A stretch of 64,000 nt of DNA from Candidatus Bipolaricaulota bacterium. Its GTDB lineage: Bacteria; Bipolaricaulota; Bipolaricaulia; UBA7950; UBA9294. The stretch covers positions 23,573 to 87,572 of the forward strand of contig JANQGM010000008.1 of the NCBI GenBank assembly GCA_028277345.1. The letters run 5' to 3'. Positions within the stretch are counted from its first letter, which is position 1; each line of letters starts with the position of its first letter. Shown in pieces: positions 37,807 to 47,400 of this stretch. Below the pieces are notes generated by a model. It saw nothing but the letters and a program-made list of their open reading frames with translations. It was not told where the DNA came from and made no database searches. The translations under genes were made by a program, and so were the position numbers.

Positions 37807-38544
37807 GTGAAGGAGGGGAACACCAAGCGCCAGAGCGCCGTTTGGGTCTTCATTTCAGGGGGGGTACTCATCGCTGCTGCAATCATCGCCCTAACCACGC
37901 CGTGGCTTCGATTCTGCGATGTGCGGAAGGTCGTTGTGTCTGGAAACCACCAGGCATCGGCATCTGAGTTGGTGTCCTTGGCGGGGCTTCATCGAGGCCA
38001 GACCGTCTTTACCGTCCCCGTTCAGCGCGTTCGACAACGGCTGGAAATGCACCCCTGGGTCAAGCAAGCGTTGGTTCGGAGAGAATTCCCACACACCATC
38101 CACGTCATCATCGAGGAGCGTGCTGTGATTGCATGGGCGAATCACCCTACTGAGGATGCTCGCGTCGCGGTGGGAGAAGGCGGCGTGATCCTCGGCGGTG
38201 AAAAAATGATCGCAAGCGCGCTACACCTTGTTGGGGCTGACTTCTCAACATGGACGTTCGGCGGAAGGGTGCTGCATCAGGCGATTGCCGATCTGCTCGC
38301 CCGGTTGCCTAGCCGTTTGTGCACGATTCCCATTGAGCGGGTGGATGTCTCGGATTTGCGTTCTATTGAGCTATTCATGGAGAATGATACGCGCGTGCGA
38401 CTGGGTGGATTCGAGTCGATTGATGACCGAATCACCGCGTTGAACGCCCTCTGTCGAGAGATAGAGTTTGATCGGTATGAACTGATTGATGTCAGATTTG
38501 GGGGAGAGGGAACGCTCGTGCCCCGTAAGGCGGTGAGGAGATGA
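37807..38544 (+). CDS. ftsQ: cell division protein FtsQ (POTRA-containing)
   Basis: Single N-terminal TM (VWVFISGGVLIAAAIIALTT), then V.V.GN......E...... and HPWV....V.R.FP..I. Position before ftsA. Confidence 0.75.
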   Translation: MKEGNTKRQSAVWVFISGGVLIAAAIIALTTPWLRFCDVRKVVVSGNHQASASELVSLAGLHRGQTVFTVPVQRVRQRLEMHPWVKQALVRREFPHTIHVIIEERAVIAWANHPTEDARVAVGEGGVILGGEKMIASALHLVGADFSTWTFGGRVLHQAIADLLARLPSRLCTIPIERVDVSDLRSIELFMENDTRVRLGGFESIDDRITALNALCREIEFDRYELIDVRFGGEGTLVPRKAVRR

Positions 38545-39776
38545 GAAAAGAAAAGGTGGTTGTCGGCATTGACGTGGGCACCACTAAAGTCGTTACGTTG
38601 GTTGGCAATGTCATCGACGGAACGATTGAGATTATCGGAATGGGGAAATCCGAATCTCATGGGCTAGAGAAGGGTGTCGTCGTCGATATCGGCCGCACCA
38701 TGTCTTCCATCCGGAAGTCGGTTGAAGAGGCCGAGAATATGGCCGATGTCAAGATCGATGCGGTCTATGTCGGCATTGCCGGGAAGCACATCTCGTCGAT
38801 CAACAACTCGGGAACGGTATCCATTAACCGCCCCGACCGGATCATCACGGACGAAGACGTGCGGCGAGTGGTCGAAACGGCTCAAGCGATTCAAATTCCA
38901 CCGGAATCCGAGATGATCCACGTCATTCCGCGGCAGTACATCGTGGATGGGCAGGATGGAATTACCGATCCCGTCGGCATGACGGGAACGCGGCTTGAGG
39001 TGGACGTTCACATCGTCACGGGTTCGATTACGGCCGTGCATAACTTGGTACGGTGCGTGGAGACGCTGGGAATCGGGATCAAGCAGATCGTCTTAGAGCC
39101 CATCGCGTCGTCGCTCGCCGTCCTGTCGTCGGCCGAGAAAGAGCTTGGCGTTATTCTGATGGATATCGGCGGCGGAACGACGGATATCAGCGTTTTCCGC
39201 GGCGGCGATATCTGGTTCTCCAAGGTCATTCCGATTGCTGGAGAGCACATCACCAACGATATCACCGTTGGCCTACAAACGCCGATCGAGGAAGCCGAAC
39301 TTGTCAAGAAGATGCATGGAACGGCGTTGGTCGATTCCGTAGGCGAGGAAGAGAAGATCGAAGTCGCCTCCATCGGGGGCGATGAAAAGAAGCTGGTCTC
39401 CAAGAAACGGCTCGCCAAGATCATCGAGCCTCGCATTGAAGAGCTGCTCGATCTTGGCATGCAAGAAGTCGAAGACGCAGGCTATCGCGATCTCGTTCCC
39501 GCAGGGCTCGTTCTTACCGGCGGTTGCTCGCTTCTCAATGGGTTGACCGACTTCGCATCTCAGCGATACGACATTCCCGTTCGCCGCGGCAAGATTCCTC
39601 AGGGAATCCATGGCCTTCGTGACATCGTCGAATCTCCGATTTATGCGACATCGATTGGCCTGCTTCGCTATGCCGTGGAAACCAAGGACTTCAAGAAGCC
39701 CGAGTTCTACGAGAAGAAGCGGGAATCCATCGTCAGCAAGCTTTTCTCGTGGTTCAACCGATTCTTCCGGGGGTAG
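38541..39776 (+). CDS. ftsA: cell division protein FtsA
   Basis: VGIDVGTTKV, DIGGGTTDISVF, LTGGCSLLNGL. Confidence 0.9.
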   Translation: MRKEKVVVGIDVGTTKVVTLVGNVIDGTIEIIGMGKSESHGLEKGVVVDIGRTMSSIRKSVEEAENMADVKIDAVYVGIAGKHISSINNSGTVSINRPDRIITDEDVRRVVETAQAIQIPPESEMIHVIPRQYIVDGQDGITDPVGMTGTRLEVDVHIVTGSITAVHNLVRCVETLGIGIKQIVLEPIASSLAVLSSAEKELGVILMDIGGGTTDISVFRGGDIWFSKVIPIAGEHITNDITVGLQTPIEEAELVKKMHGTALVDSVGEEEKIEVASIGGDEKKLVSKKRLAKIIEPRIEELLDLGMQEVEDAGYRDLVPAGLVLTGGCSLLNGLTDFASQRYDIPVRRGKIPQGIHGLRDIVESPIYATSIGLLRYAVETKDFKKPEFYEKKRESIVSKLFSWFNRFFRG

Positions 39777-39779
39777 CCG

Positions 39780-40919
39780 ATGCTTGATCAGAGCAACTTT
39801 TCAGCGTCACCGGCGACCCTCATGGTGGTGGGTGCCGGGGGCGGCGGCGGAAACGCTGTTGACCGCATGTTCGACTCCAGCGGAAACGGCGTTGAGTTGG
39901 TCGTCGCCAATACGGATGCCCAAGTCTTGGAGGTTGTGCGTGCCCATCGAACACTGCAATTGGGCCGCAAACTCACCTCAGGATTGGGCGCGGGAGGAAA
40001 CCCGGAGATCGGACGCTTGGCCGCTGAAGAGAGTCGAGAGGAGATCATCGATCTGCTCAATGGTGTCGATATGGTCTTCATTACGGCCGGCATGGGCGGT
40101 GGCACTGGAACCGGTGCCGCGCCTGTGATTGCTTCAGCCGCCAAAGAGGCCGGAATCCTCACCACGGCCATCGTGACGCGGCCGTTCTCATTCGAAGGCC
40201 TCGCGCGTGCTGAGAAAGCGGAGGCTGGGATTGCTCGACTTGCTCAATCCGTGGATGCGTTGATTTGCATCTCCAACGATAAGCTGCTGAAGGTTGCGCC
40301 AACCGATACCCCAATCACCAAAGCCTTTGAAATCGCCGATGAGATTTTGCGCCAAGGTGTGGAGGGGATTTCGGACCTCATCACCGTCCCTGGCATGATC
40401 AATCTTGATTTCGCGGACATCGAATCCGTCATGCGCGATGCAGGAACAGCGATGATGGGGATCGGTGAAGGCGAGGGGGACGGCAAGACCAAGGAAGCGG
40501 CCCGCAATGCCATTTCCTCTCCTCTGTTGGATGGCTCCATTCAGGGTGCGCGCAAGGTGATCATGAACATCACCGGCGGATCCGACTTGACATTGGAGGA
40601 AGTGACATCGGCGGCCTCGTTGATCCGAGAAGCGGTGTCCGACCGAGCCGACATCATCTTTGGAACCGCCATCCGAGATGGCATGGAGAAGGTACGGTTA
40701 ACGGTGATTGCCACCGGTTTCTCTGTGGAATACGGGCGGGAAGAAGAGGATGGTCCACCGCTCTCCAACGAGTCGATGCTGGCGCGATTGGAAGAAGAAA
40801 GTCGTGTGGGCGTCGATGATTTCGACATCCCCACGTTCTTGAGAAAGAGCCGCCGCAGCCGCGAGGAACCGCCTCGGCCTCCATGGGGAGAACCCCGGCG
40901 CGATGACGGCGAGCGCTAA
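39780..40919 (+). CDS. ftsZ: cell division GTPase FtsZ
   Basis: [37 protein letters not shown]. Confidence 0.95.
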   Translation: MLDQSNFSASPATLMVVGAGGGGGNAVDRMFDSSGNGVELVVANTDAQVLEVVRAHRTLQLGRKLTSGLGAGGNPEIGRLAAEESREEIIDLLNGVDMVFITAGMGGGTGTGAAPVIASAAKEAGILTTAIVTRPFSFEGLARAEKAEAGIARLAQSVDALICISNDKLLKVAPTDTPITKAFEIADEILRQGVEGISDLITVPGMINLDFADIESVMRDAGTAMMGIGEGEGDGKTKEAARNAISSPLLDGSIQGARKVIMNITGGSDLTLEEVTSAASLIREAVSDRADIIFGTAIRDGMEKVRLTVIATGFSVEYGREEEDGPPLSNESMLARLEEESRVGVDDFDIPTFLRKSRRSREEPPRPPWGEPRRDDGER

Positions 40920-40949
40920 TCGCCGACTTTTGCGAATCTGATATAGAAC

Positions 40950-40972
40950 GGGGCCAACGCGGCCCCGTTTTC
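40950..40972 (+). terminator. rho-independent terminator after ftsZ
   Basis: GGGGCC-AACGC-GGCCCC followed by GTTTT. Confidence 0.6.
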
Positions 40973-40991
40973 ATTCGACGATTTCGTTCAG

Positions 40992-41018
40992 AAAAAACGC
41001 CTCGCTTGATGCGAGGCG
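40992..41018 (-). terminator. rho-independent terminator after tRNA-Leu
   Basis: On the minus strand: CGCCTCGC-ATCAA-GCGAGGCG followed by TTTTTT. Confidence 0.6.
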
Positions 41019-41022
41019 CGTC

Positions 41023-41110
41023 TGGTACCAGAGGTGGGGGTCGAACCCACACGACCCAAAGGGCCACGGGATTTTGAGTCCCGCGCGTCTGCCAATTCCG
41101 CCACTCTGGC
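41023..41110 (-). tRNA. tRNA-Leu (anticodon CAA), class II with long variable arm, CCA encoded
   Basis: Reverse complement is GCCAGAGTGGCGGAATTGGCAGACGCGCGGGACTCAAAATCCCGTGGCCCTTTGGGTCGTGTGGGTTCGACCCCCACCTCTGGTACCA. Anticodon stem CGGGA/TCCCG with loop CTCAAAA. T arm GTGGG-TTCGACC-CCCAC. Confidence 0.9.
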
Positions 41111-41242
41111 AAAGATTCAACCAAATCATACGAGTCAGTGTCGAAAGCGTCAAACCACGGGGTCGAGCGTGATCTGCACAACAGTTATCACGTATCTATC
41201 CATATATACTTGCTGCGGATAGGTGAACTGGGAAGTTGCGAT

Positions 41243-41256
41243 GTAATGCGCATTAC
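41243..41256. promoter_or_regulatory. perfect 14-nt palindrome GTAATGCGCATTAC in the leader of the giant gene
   Basis: Read directly from the sequence. Candidate dimeric-regulator operator. Confidence 0.3.
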
Positions 41257-41276
41257 GGTGCTAAGCGGAAATGTGA

Positions 41277-41290
41277 TCGATGTCCATCGA
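41277..41290. promoter_or_regulatory. inverted repeat TCGATG-TC-CATCGA in the leader of the giant gene
   Basis: Read directly from the sequence, 21 nt after the previous palindrome. Confidence 0.3.
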
Positions 41291-41440
41291 CAAGGCTGGG
41301 CAAGTGATTTGTGTGAATAAGTCGCGAATGGCTAAGATGCCGGAAATGCGGAAGGACTAGGGAATTGGGAGAGAAGTCTCTGTGCTTGAATAGACAGCGA
41401 ATGCCCAGAAATGGTAGAGTAGATCTGACAAGAACGTTAC

Positions 41441-41472
41441 CCGGCTCTCCCTGAACTGGGGCCGGTTTTTTT
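41441..41472 (+). terminator. intrinsic-terminator-like hairpin plus U7 tract about 20 nt upstream of the giant ORF (attenuator candidate)
   Basis: CCGGC-TCT-CCC-TGAACT-GGG-GCCGG followed by TTTTTTT. No upstream plus-strand gene for it to terminate. Confidence 0.45.
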
Positions 41473-41493
41473 GTTTGAGTTGGGACGTGACGA

Positions 41494-44400
41494 ATGGAGG
41501 AGGGCATGGTGTCACACAGGAGGGCAAGCTTCATCACGGTCTGTTTATTGCTGCTCGGAGGCATTGTAGTCTCTGCCGCGCAGCCGGTGATTGTCGACAT
41601 CTCAATTCCGGATGCATCCATGAAGATCGGAGACGTGGTCACCGCCACGATTACCGTTCAGTCGGATCCAGCGATTTACACCCTGAATGCGAGCAATATC
41701 GGCGGCTATGCCCTCAGCGGCCTGAGCAAGCAAAGCGACACCAGTTACTTTGCAGAGTTCACCATCTCCTCCGGCGGAACGGACTATGCGGCAGCCGCCG
41801 ATATCCCGACAGACATCACGCTTGCCGATGGCGGAGATTTGGGTCTATGGAACACACCCATCTCCCAAGCGAACGATTTGATAGACGCCAATGTCCCGAC
41901 GGACCCGACACCGACGAGTTCGAGCCATGCCGTGAGTGTGTGGGATGATGACAACACCATCGACATTCAAATCTCGGGAGCGAGCGATTCGGGGAGTGGT
42001 GTTGACGGATTCGAGATCGAATGGGACCAGTCCGCCACCTGGACGCCGTCTGAGACGAAAGAGCAGGAAGAGACGTGGTCCGGAGCCACCTTCACGGCGA
42101 CCTCGGATGGCGATTGGTACTTTCACATCGCCACGGTGGACAACGCGGGGAATTGGACGAGCACAGAGCACCTTGGGCCCTTCCAGATCGATACGGCACC
42201 GCCGTCTGTACCGACGGGACTGAGCCCGGCCAGCGGGAGTACGACGAGCGATACGTCCCCAATCCTTTCTTGGAGCGCATCGACGGACACCGGAGGAAGC
42301 GGAATTCGCGACACGGATGCGTATCGAATCGTGGTGACGGGACCGGTGAACCGCGATACCTACGTCTCGGATACCGACTACAATCCCTCGCTTGCGGAAG
42401 GCACGTTCACGTGGAAGGTCTATGCCCGGGACAATGCTGGGAATGTCAGCAGCTATTCCGCGGATACGACCCTGGTCATCGATACCACATCGCCGGATGT
42501 GACCATCAACGAGGCGGGGGCGCAAGACGACCCGACCAATGCCTCGCCCGTGGTCTTTACCGTCGTCTTCGATGAGCCGATCAACGACGCGACGTTCACA
42601 AATGTGGATGTGAGCGTGGGAGGAACAGCGACGACGGGAACGGTGACCGTGACTGAGGTTGCCCCGAACGATGACACCACCTTTGAAGTCAGCATTGTCG
42701 TGACCGCAGATGGAACCGTCGTTCCGTCAATCCCTGCGGGGGGCGTCGAGGACGTGGCCGGCAACACGAACACAGTCTCGACCAGTACAGACAATTCGGT
42801 GACCTATGATGCTACCGATCCCACCGATCCCACACCCTCCAGCTCCAGCCATACCGTCAGCGTGCCCTCCAACGACAACACGATCGACATTGGTATCTCA
42901 GGCGCCAGCGATACAGGAAGCGGCGTGGATGGATTTGAAATCGAGTGGGATAAGTCTGCAACATGGACGCCGACTGAGACCAAGGAGCAGGAAGAAAACT
43001 GGGCCGGTGCAACCTTCACCGCGACATCGGACGGGGATTGGTACTTCCACATCGCCACGGTGGACAACGCTGGCAATTGGACCAGTACGCAGCATCTGGG
43101 TCCGTTCTCGATCGACACCGATCCTCCAGGCGTCACGGTCGATATTGTCGATGCATCCCTCAGTGATTCGGACAACAGCTCGCTGGTGACCTTCGAGTTC
43201 GACGAGGACGTGCAGAACTTCACGATCGATGATCTGACACCGACCCACGGGACGTTGAGTTCGTTTATCACCATCGACGCGGACAGCTATACTGTCGTCT
43301 TCACAGCCACAGATGGAATCGATGCAACGGGGTCCGTGGCTGTGGGGGCGGGAACCTATACCGATCTCGTAGGCAACAACGGTGAAGCTGGCTCTGACAC
43401 GGTCGACATCGATACTGAGGATCCTCAAATCAATGACCTTGTTCTTAACGACACGCTGATCTCCGAGTCGGATACCCCCGGAGATGGAACACTTGAGATC
43501 GTGATCCTGTGCTCCGAAGCCATGGATGAAACAATCACGCCGCTCCTTATCTTCGATCCAACGGTCGCGAGCACCTTGACCTGGGATTCGGGGGGCTGGG
43601 ATGATTCATCAACCTATCGTGCCTACTACGATGTCGCAGATGGAGATGTCGAGGAAGACACCGTCACCATCGATGTCGCGGGATTGAGGGATCTGGCTGG
43701 TAACGAGCAGCAAGACATGCCGCCATGGTTCTCGATCGAGATCGATACCGTCAAACCTTCGGTATCGAGCGTGACTGTCGATACGGATCCCGTTTATGAT
43801 GGCGACCTTACGCAAGTCGTCACCGTAACATTTGACGAAGCCATGCTCGACAACGGAACAGCGGACCCGAGCATCAGCTTCGGATCGGGAAGCTGGACGA
43901 GCAATGCCGATGGCGCGTACAACGGAGCCGACACGATTTGGACGGAAACGTTTACGCTAACAGACAGTAATCAAGATGTGTCGAATGTCACTGTTGATGT
44001 AATGGGGGCCAAGGACGCGGCAGGAAACGATCAAGAGAACTATGTGGCGCAAGCTGAGTTCGATATCAATACCTTGAACCCGACGGTTACATCGATTGTC
44101 CGTGCGGATGCCAACCCAACCAACGCTGCTTCCGTCGATTTCACGGTGACGTTATCTGAGTCCGTGTCAGGAGTGACCTCAGCCAATTTCTCTTTGGACA
44201 GTACGTGTGGATGCGAGACGATCGACAGCGTGAGTGGTTCCGGCACAACGTGGGCCGTGACCGTCTTAACAGCGGACAACGAGGATTACGTAGTTGGCAT
44301 TGATCTCGACAGCGACCTTTCGTCCATCACGGATGATGCAGGCAACGAGCTTGAGGATGCATTCACGGCTGGCGAGGAGTACGAGGTGGATCGTGAGGAT

Positions 44401-47400
44401 CCGAACATCACAACAGTGTTGATCTCGCGAAGCGGGGAGACATTGAATGATGATTTCGTCGGCAGTGAGCTCTATGTGTCCATCGCGCTTGATGACGAGA
44501 TTGACCAAACGTCCATCCCCTCCATTACGTTCTCTGCGGATGTCAGCGGTACGCTGACCTACGATCGCGTGTCGTGGGGGACGCATTCTTGCAGTGTCTA
44601 CTACACGATTGGTGATGGAAACGAGGAGATTGATGGCGTCGGAGTGTGGACGATTTCCAATGTCTTCGACCATGTTGGGAACCCGGTGAACAACATCAAC
44701 TATGGTACCGACGAATTCGACATCGACAATGAAAATCCCTCGGTGAGTTCGGTGAGCTTTTCCCCTGATTTGATTGCCGATGCTGACGATGGCTCGTACT
44801 TCTACGTTAGCATCTCCTTCGATGAGGACATGGGATCTGCGAGACCCTTCATCGTATTCGTTCCGGGCCATGGATCGACGCTTTCCCCCTACATGGATGG
44901 ATGGCTCGGCGGGAGCTTTACGGCCGAATACGAGATCCATGATCGAGATGTCGACTTCGATTCGGTGACCATCACGATCACGGGGGCTGAAGATGAGCAT
45001 GGAAACGACATGCAAGCCTATACCCCGGAACCGGATGAGTGGTTCGAGATTGATACCGAGAATCCGACAGTGGCCGCTGTAACGGTCGACGACACGCTGC
45101 TCAGCGACTCGGATGCGGGGACGACGCTAACGGTGACGGTGGACTTTTCGGAGAACATGACCGACGACGGATCGGAAGACCCGGCGCTGACGTTTGCGCC
45201 GACGGTGGGCTCGACGCTGTCCTTTTCCAGCGACAGTTGGCCGAGCGCGACGCGGTATCGTGCGGTGTACGACATCTCGGACGCGGGAGTGGACGTGGAC
45301 TCGGTGACGATTGATGTGGAAGGCGCCGAGGATGCCAATGGCAACGATCAGCAGGATTACACACCGGAAAGTGAGTTTGAGATCGACACGCTGAATCCGG
45401 TGGTGTCGATGCTGACGCTGTCAGACGATGAGATCACGGATGCGGATGTGGGGAATACGTTCACGGTGACAGTGGACTTCAGCGAAGACATGATTGCGGG
45501 GACGGTGCCGAGCATCGTCTTCTCTCCGAATCTGGATACGACGCTGCAGGCGGATGCGGGCAGCAGCGGCTGGACGGCGGACGATGTCTACGTGTTCGCG
45601 TACACCATTCTGGACGGCAACGTGACCGTGCTGGACGACGACATCACGATCTCCAATGCTCAGGATCTGGCCGGCAACGTACAGGTCATCTACAACTACA
45701 ACGACCAACTGGACGTGGACACGGAGAACCCGTACTTCCACGACTTCACGGTGACGGGTGGAGCGGTGGATGCGGATTGTCTGCGCGTAGTGACGTTTAC
45801 AGCGAAGGTCACGGATCCCAATGGTACGATGGTTCCCGGAGACATCACCGTGACGGCGGCATCGGTGACGAATACGGCGGCCGGGATCACGGCGGGCGAT
45901 GTGTACGACATCCAGCAAACCAGCGATAACCAAACGACGATTACGATTACCGGCAAGGTGGATATTGAGGATCTAACGGACTGTCCGGCGCGGGTGACGA
46001 TTACGCTGGATGCGGTGGACAGCGTGGACAACGACGCAGCCCAGCAGTCACAGTCCGACGATGTGGTGGATACCACGATTCCCACCATCGACGATCTTCG
46101 GTTCGATACGGATGATACGCATGCGGCCGAACAAACGGTACCGTACCTGGTGGACGAGTGCGGTCGCGTGGTGGTGTACTTCTCGGCGACGATCAACGAC
46201 AACTGCTGCATCGACGATGGCAACGTGACGGTCGATGTGACGTTGCCATTGCTGGCAGGAGAAGGCGACGCCGTGCTGGAGGATATTGACGTTGAGCTGA
46301 CACAGAACGGCCAGAACCAGGTGTTGATGACGGGCAGCGCGGTAGTGCGATGTCTGGAGAGCGTGACGCCGCGGCCGAATCCGGCCGGGCTGTCGCGAGT
46401 GCAGATTGACGTGGCTGCCTACGACTGCTGCGGCAATGATGCCGTGTCCGTGGAAACGGGCACCGGCGAGGGGCTGGTGGATGACGAGATTCTCCCGATT
46501 CCGCGAGACGATCCGAGACAAGACATGGTGATGGATGAGAGCGCCATTGCTGATGAGAACTTGTTGCTGAAGGTGCGATTGGACGAATTTGGCGTTTACA
46601 GGCTTGTATTGCGAGAAAACACCCCGGTGCGCATCGATCTGCTGGCCAACGACGCCGACAACCTGACGCACAATGTGGGCCATCCATTTGGACCATGTGT
46701 GGCGTGCGGTCCTTGTGGCGGCCAGACGGGGTGCTGTGCCGAGATCTTCGTGTACGAGATTGTGCAGCATCCGACGTTTGGTACCGCGGAGATCATCGAT
46801 GACTCCGGAGACTGCGGCGGTGGCAGCGTCATTCGTTTCGCGCCGGACCGCGGCTACTTGGGTCCCGACTTCTTCACCTACCGCATCGTGGATGCATTTG
46901 GGAACGTGTCCGATGTGATCGCCACCGTGTACCTGCAAACGGTGCCGGAAGTGTGGGTCGAGGACATCTTTGTGGTGGCATGTGGCGATGAAACGACCGA
47001 GTTCAGCTTACCGGTGTCGGATCTGTTCATCGACATCGAGGATCCGAGCCGGATCCCGTTTGAGTTTGAGATCTTGGCTGGCCCGAGTCATGGCGTGGTG
47101 ACGGGGAGTGTGCAGAACATCGACTACGCGCCGCCGAGCACGGTGACCGATCCGCAGTTTGGCGTGCAGGTGCCGTCGTTGGACTTCACCGAGACAGCGA
47201 TTCTGAACATGAGTTACACGCCGGCGGATGGATTTGAGGGCCGAGATCTGATCCGCGTGCAGATTAGCGACCCGTTTGGAGGATCGGCGATTGCCGTGGT
47301 GGACTTTGCCGTGGGCGCGTGCGGTCCAGCGGCAGCGGGGGAAGCGATCCTGAAGCTGGCCGGCAACCAGATCCTGCCAATGCTGCTGCCGGGGCCGGTG

